In this document: positions 19,627-30,017 of the stretch, piece after piece
Numbering within the stretch: position 1 is the stretch's first letter
Layout: the number at the start of each line of letters is the position of its first letter
Assembly: GCA_026416095.1 (NCBI GenBank)
Contig: JAOAFV010000013.1
Span: forward strand, 1,998-65,997
DNA: 64,000 bases
DNA from: Bacteroidales bacterium
Lineage (GTDB): Bacteria > Bacteroidota > Bacteroidia > Bacteroidales > GWA2-32-17
Reading direction: 5' to 3'
Notes under the pieces: generated by a model
What the model was told of the DNA's origin: nothing
Databases searched by the model: none
What the model saw: the letters and a program-made list of their open reading frames with translations, nothing else
Position numbers and translations under genes: made by a program

Positions 19627-22014
19627 ATGAAATATAAAAAAATTATCTTATTAGTAAGTTTTTGTTTTATAAGTAAATTAAAAGTTTTTGCCCAAGAAGA
19701 TACAGTAAAAATTCCAGAATTTATCGATATTGGTAAGGCAGAAATTACTCTTAATCCAGTATTATGGGCCAGTAAAGTAATAGATTTTTCATCGGAATAT
19801 TCTTCAACAATAAAGTCTGCTAAGCAAATTTTAGGAAAACCTAGTGTTTTACCAGGAAGTGGAAAATCACCTTGCGCTTGGACATATAAAAAACAAGCTA
19901 AAGATGGAAAAGAATTTATAAAAGTTGGTTTTGACCATCCAATTAGGCCACGTCAAGTTGCTGTTGCCGAAAATTATAAACCAGGTGCAATTGAAAAAAT
20001 TATTCTTTATGGTAAAAATAACAACCAATACATAGTTGTATATGAAAACGAAGCAAAATTGTTAAATCTAAGCTCAAGAATGTTGAATGTATTTTTTACT
20101 GAACCGCAATTTGATGTCTATTATCTTGAATTACAATTAAATTCGAAAAAAGTTAGTGAATTTGAAATAGATGCTGTTGCAATTTCTACCTTGACAGATA
20201 CTATTAAGGCAAATATTAATATACCGCCTGGTTTAAAATATAAATCTCAAAAAGAATCTCTTGGCCCTTCAATAAATACAGAATACGATGAAAGAGCTCC
20301 AATAATTTCTGCCGATGGTACTGAATTGTATTTTGTTCGTAAAAATCATCCTAACAATGCATGTGGCCGAACCGATGAGGATGATATATGGTACTCTAAA
20401 TATACCGAAAATGGTTGGTTACCAGCAATAAATTTAGGGCCCCCTTTAAATAATTGTTGCGATAATTTTGTTCAGTCTGTTTCGCCCGATGGTAATATGC
20501 TTTTGCTTGCCAATAAATACCGCAAAGAAGGTAAAAATGTATTATGCGAAAAAGGAGTTTCAGTTGCTTATAAAACATTTAGTGGATGGTCGTTTCCGGA
20601 AGAGCAAAAAATCAAAGATTTTTATAATTATAGCGAATTTGTTAATTACTTTCTTGCCCCAAATAATAAATACTTGTTAATTGCTATGCAAGGCGACGAT
20701 AGCTATGGAAATCTGGATTTGTACGTTAGTTTTCGTTTGTCAGAAAACACTTGGTCGAAACCTTTAAATTTAGGACCAACAGTAAATACTGCGGCCAACG
20801 ATTTTAGTCCATTTCTTGCTGCCGATGGAATTACTCTTTATTATTCAACATCGGGCTTGCCTGGATTCGGGAATGAAGATATTTTTGTGACTCGTAGACT
20901 TGATGACACTTGGCAAAAGTGGACTGAGCCTATAAATTTAGGCCCACCAATAAACTCAAAAGGATCCGATACTAAGTTTTCTATTCCTGCAGCAGGTAAT
21001 TATGCTTATTTCACTTCAACAGAAGGTAGCGTTGGCTTAAATGATATTTTTAAGATTTTACTTCCAGATACATTAAAACCAATTGCTGTTGCATTGTTAA
21101 AAGGTAAAATAATTGACTTTCAATCAAAAAAGCCAATAGGAGGTGCTATTATAATATATAAAAATTATCCATCAGAAGCAATTGTTGTTAAGGAAGTTAG
21201 TGATTCTTTAACAGGAAAATTTAAAGTTTATTTACCCACTGGATATTTATATACAGTAATTATTAAAGCCAACGGTTATATTGATGGTAAACAAACTCTT
21301 GATTTAACTTCTATTCATGATTATACTGAAATTGAACAAAAACCAATTGAATTAATTAGTAGAAGTGCTTATAAAACCTTAAAGGGTAAAGTATTTGATA
21401 AATTAACCGATAAAGCAATTGTTGGAGCAAAAGTTGTATTAATGACCGATACACTAAGTAAAAAAGTTTTAGCTATGACTTATACTAACGAGAAAGGAGA
21501 ATTTGAAATAAGGCTCGAAAATGTCGCAGATGTTGAAAGAGCAGTTTTAATAATTGAAAAAAATGAATATCAATCGTCAACATTTGAAATAAGCGATTTT
21601 GCAAGTGAAATAAATTTTAATTATGATCTAAAAATTGAACCAGAAATCAAGAAAGATAAAGTAATTCAATTTCATAATATTTATTTTGACTACGGAAAGG
21701 CCGATATAACAGATACGGCAGCTGTGATTTTAGATCGAATATATGATGTGCTCGTTGAATATCCAAATATGGTAATAGAATTAAGTGGACATACCGATAG
21801 CCAGTCAAGCTTTGGTTTTAATATGAAACTATCGCAAGCGAGAGCAGATAATGCCCGATCTTACCTTATAAAAAAAGGAATTGATCCTAAAAGAATTATT
21901 GCAAAAGGATATGGCGAAACAAAGCTCTTAAATCATTGTAAAGATGGTGTTACTTGTTCTCCAGAAGAACACGCTATCAATAGAAGAATTGAAGTTAAAA
22001 TTTTGAAAATGTAA
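19627..22014 (+). CDS. OmpA-family peptidoglycan-binding protein with PD40 repeats and carboxypeptidase-regulatory-like domains
   Basis: NLGPPIN/NLGPTVN PD40 repeats; C-terminal NIYFDY, GHTD, LSQARA, NRRIE. Confidence 0.88.
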   Translation: MKYKKIILLVSFCFISKLKVFAQEDTVKIPEFIDIGKAEITLNPVLWASKVIDFSSEYSSTIKSAKQILGKPSVLPGSGKSPCAWTYKKQAKDGKEFIKVGFDHPIRPRQVAVAENYKPGAIEKIILYGKNNNQYIVVYENEAKLLNLSSRMLNVFFTEPQFDVYYLELQLNSKKVSEFEIDAVAISTLTDTIKANINIPPGLKYKSQKESLGPSINTEYDERAPIISADGTELYFVRKNHPNNACGRTDEDDIWYSKYTENGWLPAINLGPPLNNCCDNFVQSVSPDGNMLLLANKYRKEGKNVLCEKGVSVAYKTFSGWSFPEEQKIKDFYNYSEFVNYFLAPNNKYLLIAMQGDDSYGNLDLYVSFRLSENTWSKPLNLGPTVNTAANDFSPFLAADGITLYYSTSGLPGFGNEDIFVTRRLDDTWQKWTEPINLGPPINSKGSDTKFSIPAAGNYAYFTSTEGSVGLNDIFKILLPDTLKPIAVALLKGKIIDFQSKKPIGGAIIIYKNYPSEAIVVKEVSDSLTGKFKVYLPTGYLYTVIIKANGYIDGKQTLDLTSIHDYTEIEQKPIELISRSAYKTLKGKVFDKLTDKAIVGAKVVLMTDTLSKKVLAMTYTNEKGEFEIRLENVADVERAVLIIEKNEYQSSTFEISDFASEINFNYDLKIEPEIKKDKVIQFHNIYFDYGKADITDTAAVILDRIYDVLVEYPNMVIELSGHTDSQSSFGFNMKLSQARADNARSYLIKKGIDPKRIIAKGYGETKLLNHCKDGVTCSPEEHAINRRIEVKILKM

Positions 22015-22020
22015 TTAATT

Positions 22021-24018
22021 ATGAATAAAATATTATTAGTTTTTCTTTTTTTTATTTTTTGTGTAAATAATTTTAATTCCCAAGAAATTCCTGATACTTT
22101 AAATAATAAGTTATCTGGAAAGTCGGATTACGAAAAAGTTAATTATTTGTTAAAATTAGCAACTAACTTCCTAAATAAGGATAATGAAACTTCGTATCAA
22201 TTATCAAAAATTGCTTTCAATATAGCAAAGAATTCTGGCAATAAAAATTTAGAAGTAAACGCTGGTATGTTGTATGGAAAATCTTCAAGGTATGTAAAAA
22301 AATTTAATGAAGGTATTGAAGTTCTTAGTAATGTTATAGATATATTGACTAAAGTAAATCATAAAGAGGGGTTGGCAGTGGCATATAACGAAATAGGCTT
22401 ATGTTATAAAGAACAAAATAACTTAAAAAGTGCAATCGATGCTTTTATAAATAGCTTAAATTATTTTACGTCTATAAATGATGTGAAAAATATAAATATT
22501 GTTAATAACAATCTGGCCACAACTTATCTAAAAGCAGGACAGTATAAAAATGCTATTGAAATTTTTAAAAAATTAAAGGATTATGCCGAGCAACAAAATA
22601 ATAAAAAAGAAGTAGTTTTTATTCTTAATCAAATAGGCGTAGCATATTCAAATTATGGCGATATACTATCTGCAAAAAAGTATTTTCAGGAAGCCTTAAG
22701 TATTGCCCAGTCGCTTGGTGATAATACTCTTATCTCTACTATTAATACTAACATTAATAATTTAAGTAAACTTGAAGAAGCAAAAAAAATTACAGCATAC
22801 GAGCAAGAACAACAACAGCAACAACAAGAATATGTGGCTTCGTTACAATCTCAATACGAAATGATAAAACAACAGCGTTTAAAAACGCTAGAAGAAATAG
22901 AAAAATTGAGCTATGAAAATCAAGCAAAGGAATTAAAATTACATTATATACAAAGCCAATACGAAAAACAAGTTTTAGAAAATCAAATAAAAGAGCAACA
23001 ATTAAAACTTAAAGAAATAGAAAGGAAAAAGATAGAAGCAGAAAATGCTAAGCAAAAAGAAATTGTTGCAAATCAACGAAGAACTTTAATCATTGTTTTG
23101 TCGGCTCTTGTTATAGTGTTTATTTTATTATCATTTGTTATTTATTTTTATGTTCAGAATAGGAGAACTTTGAAAATTGTTCGTGAACAGAAAGAAAGAA
23201 TTGAGCAGCAAAAAAATGAAATAGAAAAAATTAATAAAGAATTAGCTCATCAAAATAAAATAATACGCGAAAGTATTGATTATGCTAAGTATATTCAATT
23301 TGCTTTATTGCCATCGGTTGATGTAGTTAAAAAGTCTTTTTCTGATGTTTTTATTTTTTTTAAGCCACGCGATGTTGTAAGTGGTGATTTTTATTGGTAT
23401 CATTCTGATAATGAAAAATGTTGGCTGGCAACTATCGATTGTACAGGACATGGAGTTCCAGGTGCCTTTATGAGTTTAATTACTAATACTTTACTTAATA
23501 AAATTGTAAAAGAGCAAAAATTTGTTTTACCTTCTAAAATATTATCTGAACTAAATAATAATTTACTTGATACTTTTTCTCAAAGTAGTGAAGACTTCGA
23601 TTTTGGAATGGATATAACTATGTGTTTATATGATAAAAGCATGAGTAAAGCTGTAATTGCGCTCGCTGGTCACTCGTGTTTAATTATAAATAATAAAAAC
23701 GAAGTAAATGAAATCGATGGAAAGGAATTCATAATTGGTGGTGGTGTATTTGCTCAAAGAAACATTGAATATAAGGAAAATGAGATAATTGTCGATGAAA
23801 ATACAATTGCTGTTTTTTACAGCGATGGTTTTTCCGATCAGGTTGGTGGTTTCGAAAAAAAGAAACTTGGTTCCAAAGGCTTTAATAATATTATAATAGA
23901 TGCTGTGATAAATAACAATTTCGAAAATGTTAATAATATACTTCAAACTAAATTTGATGAATGGAAAGGAGAAAATAAACAACTTGATGATTTAATTGTT
24001 ATTGGCGTTAAGTTTTAA
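22021..24018 (+). CDS. TPR-repeat sensor with coiled coil, TM and SpoIIE/PP2C phosphatase domain
   Basis: TPR helices (AYNEIG, LNQIG), TM helix, PRDVVSGDFY, DCTGHGVPGAFMS, YSDGFSDQ, QLDD. Confidence 0.88.
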   Translation: MNKILLVFLFFIFCVNNFNSQEIPDTLNNKLSGKSDYEKVNYLLKLATNFLNKDNETSYQLSKIAFNIAKNSGNKNLEVNAGMLYGKSSRYVKKFNEGIEVLSNVIDILTKVNHKEGLAVAYNEIGLCYKEQNNLKSAIDAFINSLNYFTSINDVKNINIVNNNLATTYLKAGQYKNAIEIFKKLKDYAEQQNNKKEVVFILNQIGVAYSNYGDILSAKKYFQEALSIAQSLGDNTLISTINTNINNLSKLEEAKKITAYEQEQQQQQQEYVASLQSQYEMIKQQRLKTLEEIEKLSYENQAKELKLHYIQSQYEKQVLENQIKEQQLKLKEIERKKIEAENAKQKEIVANQRRTLIIVLSALVIVFILLSFVIYFYVQNRRTLKIVREQKERIEQQKNEIEKINKELAHQNKIIRESIDYAKYIQFALLPSVDVVKKSFSDVFIFFKPRDVVSGDFYWYHSDNEKCWLATIDCTGHGVPGAFMSLITNTLLNKIVKEQKFVLPSKILSELNNNLLDTFSQSSEDFDFGMDITMCLYDKSMSKAVIALAGHSCLIINNKNEVNEIDGKEFIIGGGVFAQRNIEYKENEIIVDENTIAVFYSDGFSDQVGGFEKKKLGSKGFNNIIIDAVINNNFENVNNILQTKFDEWKGENKQLDDLIVIGVKF

Positions 24019-24021
24019 AGT

Positions 24022-24804
24022 ATGGAAAAATTTGGAATTGTATCTATACCATTAATTAACTTACGTGAACAGCCTGATCATAAGTCGGAACTTAAAACAC
24101 AATTAATTCTGGGCGATATTTTTGAAATTAAAGAAGAATACACTGAATGGCTTTTTATAAAAAATTTTTTTGATAATTATGAAGGTTGGATCAATAAAAA
24201 AGGAATAAAAAATATCGATGTCTTAATGTTTAAAAAGCATCAGAATACCGAGGTTTTTTATAATGATCTATTTACAATTGCTAAAGATGAAAATGGAAAT
24301 AATTTTCCTATACTTTGTGGCACGTGGTTGCATAGTTATAACGAAACCGAAAATTCATTTATCATTTGTAATAAAAAAATTTACTTAAAACAAAAACCAA
24401 ATCGATTGTCAATTATAAAATCTAATATAGTTAATCTTGCAGTTAAATTTTTAAATGCACCATATTTATGGGGTGGAGTATCTATTGCAGGAATCGATTG
24501 TTCAGGTCTTACTTATATTGTATATAGAGTTTTTGGCATAAAACTTCCACGCGATTCTTTTAAACAAGCCGAAATAGGAACCGATATCTATTTTATTGAA
24601 AATGCAAAAAAAGGCGATTTAATTTTTTTTGGTAACGAAAATCAAATATCTCATGTGGGTTTATACATGGGCGATAATAAATTAATTCATTCTTCCGGTT
24701 TTGTTAGAATAGATTATGTAGATAATCATGGTATTTATAATACAGAAATTAAACAGTATACCCATCAATTAATAAAAATAAAAAGAATAATAAGTGATAA
24801 ATAA
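24022..24804 (+). CDS. SH3b + NlpC/P60 (C40) peptidase, YkfC-like
   Basis: APYLWGG, GIDCSG, LPRDS..Q, GDLIFF, HVG...IHSSG. Confidence 0.92.
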   Translation: MEKFGIVSIPLINLREQPDHKSELKTQLILGDIFEIKEEYTEWLFIKNFFDNYEGWINKKGIKNIDVLMFKKHQNTEVFYNDLFTIAKDENGNNFPILCGTWLHSYNETENSFIICNKKIYLKQKPNRLSIIKSNIVNLAVKFLNAPYLWGGVSIAGIDCSGLTYIVYRVFGIKLPRDSFKQAEIGTDIYFIENAKKGDLIFFGNENQISHVGLYMGDNKLIHSSGFVRIDYVDNHGIYNTEIKQYTHQLIKIKRIISDK

Positions 24805-26057
24805 GTTAAGTAGTTTTTTTGTATTTTTTTATGAATCGCTTAATGCTGCTATATCTTCTTTAAAAACTAATAAATTACGTTCTTTTCTTTCATTAGTGGG
24901 GATTACCATAGGAATATTCTGTCTTGATAGTATTTTTAGTATATTAGATAGCATAGAATCGCAAATAAGTAAAAGTATTGAGTTGTTAGAAACCAACACT
25001 TTATATGTGCAAAAGTGGCCGTGGACCTTTGAAAGTGATTACCCATGGTTGAAGTATGTTAATCGCACGCAAGTAACATTTAAAGAGGCAGATCAATTAC
25101 GTGCAATGTCGAAGTTTCCTGAGGCTGTAGTGTTTGTTTCTGGAAGTATTGTAAAGGTAAAAAGTAGTACACAAATTATAGAGAATGCATTTCTTTTGGC
25201 AGTTTCGCAACATTTTGAAAAAGTAAGTTTTTTTGAGATTGAAAAAGTAGGTATTTCAATAAAGTTGAATTCATTAGAAACAATAATGTAGCTGTTATGG
25301 GTCATACTATTGCAGGAGTTCTTTTTCGAAACAATGATAATGTAATTGGTAAAACAATAAAGATAAGAAACACTAAACTTACCATAATAAGAATTTTTAA
25401 AAAAGAAGGAACATCGGTATTCGAAAATAATCTAAATAATCTGGTGGTGGTTCCAATTATTTCAAATCAAAAGTTATTTAATGTGAATTCAGAAATCTCA
25501 AGTCCTTCGATAATTGTAAAGCCTAAATCGAATTTGGAAACCGAGTTTTTATTAATGAAACCCGACAAATAATGCGATTAATAAGAAAAATACGACCTTT
25601 CGAAGAAAATAATTTTGCATTGAATCGGGCTAGTTTTTTAATTTCTAGGTTTGAAAACATATTTAAAATAGTAAATACAACTGGGCTTATTATTGGCTGT
25701 TTTTCGATAATTGTAGGAATTTTGGGTGTTGCAAATATTATGTTTGTGCCTGTTAAAGAAAAAACAAAATTAATAGATATACAAAAAGCAATCGGGGCTG
25801 GTAATTATTTTATTCTTTTGCAGTATTTATTAGAGTCCATTATATTATCTTTAATGGGAGGATTAATTTGCCTTTTTTTTGTTATTATTGGCGTATTTTA
25901 TTTAAACAAGTATTCTGAAATAGAAGTCACTCTTTATTTTAATAACATTGTATTTTTGGTTATATTATCAATTATAATTGGAGTTATTGCGGGTTTTTTA
26001 CCGGTCTACAAAGCAAGTAAAATGAATCCAATAGAAGCCTTTAATAGTGTTGCTTGA
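24794..26057 (+). pseudogene. MacB/FtsX-type ABC permease split by two frameshifts
   Basis: Three ORF pieces join into one permease (NKLRSFLSLVGITIG; EKGRYF...VAVMG; FINETRQIMR; GVANIMFV). Frameshifts near 25247 and 25546-25550. Confidence 0.85.
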
Positions 26058-26854
26058 TGAGAGTTAATGAAAAAAATATTTTGAATATATTATTAAGTAA
26101 AGAATTCTGGTTGTTGTCGCTTATTTTTGCTTATAGAGAATTAAAAATTAAATTCGCACAAACTCGCTTACATTACTTTTGGGTAATTTTACCACCAATT
26201 ATGGGTTTTGTTATTACAACTTTTTTCTTCGGACGTTTATTTAAAATAAGTAAAGATATAGAATATTATAACATATATGCTTATTTAGGAATGATGACTT
26301 GGTATTATATTTCTTACTTGTTTTTGTATTCAAGTACTTCTCTTATTCAGAATCAGGATATAATACAAAAATCGAATGTTTATCGTCTTGTTTTTCCTAT
26401 GGCAAAAGTTTTTATGGGACTTATCGATTTGTTTTGTTGGATATTTGGAGCATTTGTTATTTCATTTATATATGGTATTAAAATTAACTTTGGTATTTTT
26501 ACTTTAGTTTATACAATTCCGCTTCATATAATTACTGGTTTAACTTTTGGTCTTATTATATTATTGTTTTCTGTTAAATATAGAGACATTTACCAGATTG
26601 TGCCGTATATCATAAGTATAATTATGATTGTTACTCCAATATTTTATCATCCTTATATGATACCAGAATACCTTAGAATATTTTTACATCTTAATCCAAT
26701 AGCAGGTGTTATTGAGCTTTACCGATCAGCTTTTCTTGATGGTACATATCCTATAAAAAACTTTACTTTAAGTTTTATAATTCTAATTTTATTATTTATA
26801 GTTGTATTGCTTATCTTTCATAAAAAGGAAAAACAAATAGCTGAATACGTTTAA
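26057..26854 (+). CDS. wzm: ABC-2 type polysaccharide exporter permease (Wzm-like)
   Basis: RELKIKFAQT, YRDIYQIVP, TPIFY, LNPIAGVIELYR; about 6 TM helices. Confidence 0.8.
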   Translation: MRVNEKNILNILLSKEFWLLSLIFAYRELKIKFAQTRLHYFWVILPPIMGFVITTFFFGRLFKISKDIEYYNIYAYLGMMTWYYISYLFLYSSTSLIQNQDIIQKSNVYRLVFPMAKVFMGLIDLFCWIFGAFVISFIYGIKINFGIFTLVYTIPLHIITGLTFGLIILLFSVKYRDIYQIVPYIISIIMIVTPIFYHPYMIPEYLRIFLHLNPIAGVIELYRSAFLDGTYPIKNFTLSFIILILLFIVVLLIFHKKEKQIAEYV

Positions 26855-28062
26855 TGGAAGAAAAAGAAGTTATAGTGGTTTGTAATCTCTCTAAGTATTA
26901 TGAACTAACTACCTTTAAACAAAGCTTTTTTCGTTCACTCGTAAGTAGAAAAGAAAAGTTTAAGGCTTTAAATGACGTAAGTTTTAAAATAAACAGAAAC
27001 GAAATTGTTGGAATTACTGGGCCTAATGGAAGTGGTAAAACAACTTTACTAAAAATATTGGCTGGAATAATTCCATACGACGAAGGCACTATAAAAATAA
27101 AAGGCAAAATAACCGCATTGCTTTCTTCAGGTCTTGGTTTTCATAAAGATCTTACAGGCTATGATAATATTCTTATTTATGCAAAATCGCTTGGAATTCC
27201 TACGAAGGTAATAAGAGAAAACATACATAAGATACTTGAATTTTCGGAAATTGGAAAATTTTTATATGAACCTATAAAACGCTATTCAAGTGGCATGCTC
27301 GATCGATTATCGTTTTCGGTAGTGCAATTTATAAATTCAGAAATCGTGTTATTTGACGAAGTGTTTTCTTTTAGCGATGTATCGTTCCAAAATAAAATAA
27401 ATAATTATATTAAAGAATTCTCAAAAAACAAAACAATAATTATTGTTACACATAAGTTAAATGTATTAATAAATTTATGCGATAGAGTTATCGTTTTGTA
27501 TAAAGGGAATAAAATTGCCGACGATATTCCTTTGTATGCGTTGAATACTTATTATAAACATATTAATTTAAACTTATATGACAACTTTCAATATAAATGT
27601 CCCGAAATTAATTTCGATCCGCCTTTTAATTTTAATGGTTTTAAAGTTTTTAAATGTTATATTGTAGAATGTTTAAGTAATGGAGAAGAAGTAAGAAAAC
27701 AAAATAGTATTTTTTCTAATCAATTTTATTTGTGTATAGTTTCTGAGATTTTAACTACAAATGCTGAATTGTCGATAGGATACATAATTATGGATAGTAT
27801 GAATAACCGCTTAACGTTGTTTTATTTGGATACTAGCACAATAAAAATAAAGTATAACGAGAAAACAACAGTAAAAGCAAAATTAAATTCAAAAATATTT
27901 TCTAATGGTTTATTTAAAATTCAACCATTTATTGTTAACTTAGTTAGTGGAAAATTTATATTTTTAGATTCAGAAATTTTTTTCGTTATCAATAGCGAAG
28001 AAAAAAAATTGTCTGATGTGGTTTATTTTCCATTTAATTTAAATGTTGAATGGAGTGTGTAA
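26854..28062 (+). CDS. wzt: Polysaccharide ABC exporter ATPase (Wzt-like) with C-terminal domain
   Basis: ALNDVSF, GPNGSGKTT, GLGFHKDLTG, YSSGM, LFDE. Confidence 0.82.
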   Translation: MEEKEVIVVCNLSKYYELTTFKQSFFRSLVSRKEKFKALNDVSFKINRNEIVGITGPNGSGKTTLLKILAGIIPYDEGTIKIKGKITALLSSGLGFHKDLTGYDNILIYAKSLGIPTKVIRENIHKILEFSEIGKFLYEPIKRYSSGMLDRLSFSVVQFINSEIVLFDEVFSFSDVSFQNKINNYIKEFSKNKTIIIVTHKLNVLINLCDRVIVLYKGNKIADDIPLYALNTYYKHINLNLYDNFQYKCPEINFDPPFNFNGFKVFKCYIVECLSNGEEVRKQNSIFSNQFYLCIVSEILTTNAELSIGYIIMDSMNNRLTLFYLDTSTIKIKYNEKTTVKAKLNSKIFSNGLFKIQPFIVNLVSGKFIFLDSEIFFVINSEEKKLSDVVYFPFNLNVEWSV

Positions 28063-28077
28063 AAAAAAAAAAAAAAA
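28061..28077. repeat. A17 homopolymer tract
   Basis: 17 consecutive A, starting inside the wzt stop codon and upstream of the Spy/CpxP-like gene. Confidence 0.9.
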
Positions 28078-28139
28078 GAATTTAAACCTTTGTATGTGTT
28101 TTAATGTCAAAGAAAATGAAATTTAAAAATTTATAGATT

Positions 28140-28589
28140 ATGAAAACTTTAAAATTATTGTTAGGGGTAACTTTAATGTATTGCCTTAGTTTTAACAATG
28201 TTTACTCTCAGCCAAGTTGTGAAAGTAAAAAAGAACATAAGTGTTGTAATTTAACTCAAATAATTCCTAATTTAACTGATGAACAGAAAAAGAAAATAGA
28301 ACAAACACAAGTTAACTATTTAAAAGAAATTCAACCAATTGAAGATCAATTACATGAAAAACAGGTACGTTTAAAATCTTTAAGAAATGCAAATGCTAGT
28401 GAACAAGAAATAAATAAGACTATAGATGAAATTACTTCTCTTGAGAATCAGATTATGAAAAAGCGAGAAGCATATTATAAAGCGATAAGTCTTATTTTAA
28501 CTGATGATCAAAAAGTTTATTTTAGGAAACATTGTAACGATGCTGGAAAAGCGTGTTGTAAAAAAAAGATGGGTAAAAATTGTAAATAA
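28140..28589 (+). CDS. Spy/CpxP/ZraP-family periplasmic helical protein
   Basis: Signal peptide, two LTxxQ motifs (LTDEQ, LTDDQ), Cys-Cys pairs at both ends. Confidence 0.8.
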   Translation: MKTLKLLLGVTLMYCLSFNNVYSQPSCESKKEHKCCNLTQIIPNLTDEQKKKIEQTQVNYLKEIQPIEDQLHEKQVRLKSLRNANASEQEINKTIDEITSLENQIMKKREAYYKAISLILTDDQKVYFRKHCNDAGKACCKKKMGKNCK

Positions 28590-28642
28590 ACTTTAAGCTT
28601 TTTGAACAAGCTCAGAAAAACATTAGGAAGTAAGTTGTTTTT

Positions 28643-29248
28643 TTATAAATAAAGAATGCTTTCTTTACCACAGTTAAAGAGTAGATCGATAATTGATAAG
28701 TCTTGAATAAAATTAAATCTATCTGAAAATGTTTGAATGTATTTTTTAAATTCTGTATTTATGAATGGCATATTTTTTTTTGAGAAGCTAAGGCGATAGT
28801 CATTTATGTTGTTACAATCTGGTTTAATAAAATGTTCAGAAAATATTATTTCTTTTTGTAAGTTTAAAATTTCAAGTATTTTGAATAGAATCTCAATGTT
28901 TAAATCGAAAAGAAATTTAGGCTTTTTTAAAAGAATTTTAAAAAAAATATCTGAATAAAACAAAAAGTAAGGGCTTTTACCGTAAGCCGATTTTATTGCA
29001 TTTATGTGATTATTAACCCAGTTAGTTTTATAATTTATTTCAATATCTTTAATTTTTTTATTTAGTGGGTGAGTTACAGGCACTATTAATTTTTGTATTC
29101 CGTTAGCACTTAAAATAAAACAACGATTTCTTATTGTTTGTCTTTGAAATGTTTCGTTTGCTTCTATTATTACTTTTGACGAATTTTTAATTACAATAAA
29201 ATACGAAATAGGTGGAAAATAAGAAGCAAAAAGTATAGAACTATTCAT
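28643..29248 (-). CDS. WbqC family protein
   Basis: YFPPISY, QTIRNRC, AYGKSPYF, LSIIDLLFN; sits in the usual lepB-wbqC cluster. Confidence 0.9.
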   Translation of the reverse strand: MNSSILFASYFPPISYFIVIKNSSKVIIEANETFQRQTIRNRCFILSANGIQKLIVPVTHPLNKKIKDIEINYKTNWVNNHINAIKSAYGKSPYFLFYSDIFFKILLKKPKFLFDLNIEILFKILEILNLQKEIIFSEHFIKPDCNNINDYRLSFSKKNMPFINTEFKKYIQTFSDRFNFIQDLSIIDLLFNCGKESILYL

Positions 29249-30014
29249 TTTTTGATCCTATGTAAATTATCTCACTTGCGTCGAGTACAAAGAACCTAAC
29301 GTCTTCTTCTGAAAGTTCACTAATGTAATTAACTTCATCTACTATAAATCCTACACTTTTCAAACGTAGGGGGTAATCTTTTCCATATATTCTAACGTGA
29401 TCGTATTGGCCATAAAAAACTTCTCTTTCCTTGGCGGTTGTTATAGATTTATTTTCGTAAGTTTTTTCGTAGCTATAATTAATAGGAACTTGCAAAATAG
29501 CAAATCCTTTAGGTTTAAGAACACGAAATAATTCGCTCATTGCTTTAATGTCGTCGTCAATATGTTCAAGTACATGATTGCATATTATAATATCGAATTC
29601 GTTATTGCTAAACGGAAGGCTTCTTATATCGGCTTTAATTTCGGCAAGGGGAGAAAATAAGTCGCAAGTAATATAGTGTAAATTAGTTAATTTTTTAAAT
29701 CTATTAATAAAGGGTTGTTCAGGAGCAACATGTAATACTTTCAAATTCTCATTAAAAAAACGAGTTTTATTTTTCAAGTATAACCAAATTAACCTATGAC
29801 GTTCCAAACTAAAACAAGCAGGACAAAGACGATTGTTTCTGAAATTTTTTCCATAACCATAAGGTAAAAACTTTCTAGCGGTAAAATTGCAAATGGGGCA
29901 TTTAAATTTTTTCCCAATGTAAAAATACTTTATTACTGGCATTATTATTTTGCTTACTTTTAATAGGGTAGGGCGATCTAGGTATTTAAGAATAAACTTT
30001 ATAATTTTACTCAT
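29241..30014 (-). CDS. Class I SAM-dependent methyltransferase with N-terminal CxxC..CxxC
   Basis: CPIC...CPACFSLERHR, VLHVAPE, NHVLEH, RVLKPKG, GQYDHVR. Confidence 0.88.
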   Translation of the reverse strand: MSKIIKFILKYLDRPTLLKVSKIIMPVIKYFYIGKKFKCPICNFTARKFLPYGYGKNFRNNRLCPACFSLERHRLIWLYLKNKTRFFNENLKVLHVAPEQPFINRFKKLTNLHYITCDLFSPLAEIKADIRSLPFSNNEFDIIICNHVLEHIDDDIKAMSELFRVLKPKGFAILQVPINYSYEKTYENKSITTAKEREVFYGQYDHVRIYGKDYPLRLKSVGFIVDEVNYISELSEEDVRFFVLDASEIIYIGSKNE

Positions 30015-30017
30015 CTA

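Noticed and set aside
22801-22830. CAA/CAG-rich repeat encoding EQEQQQQQQE
   Set aside because: Short, mixed-codon and in frame within a coiled coil; not a convincing contingency locus.
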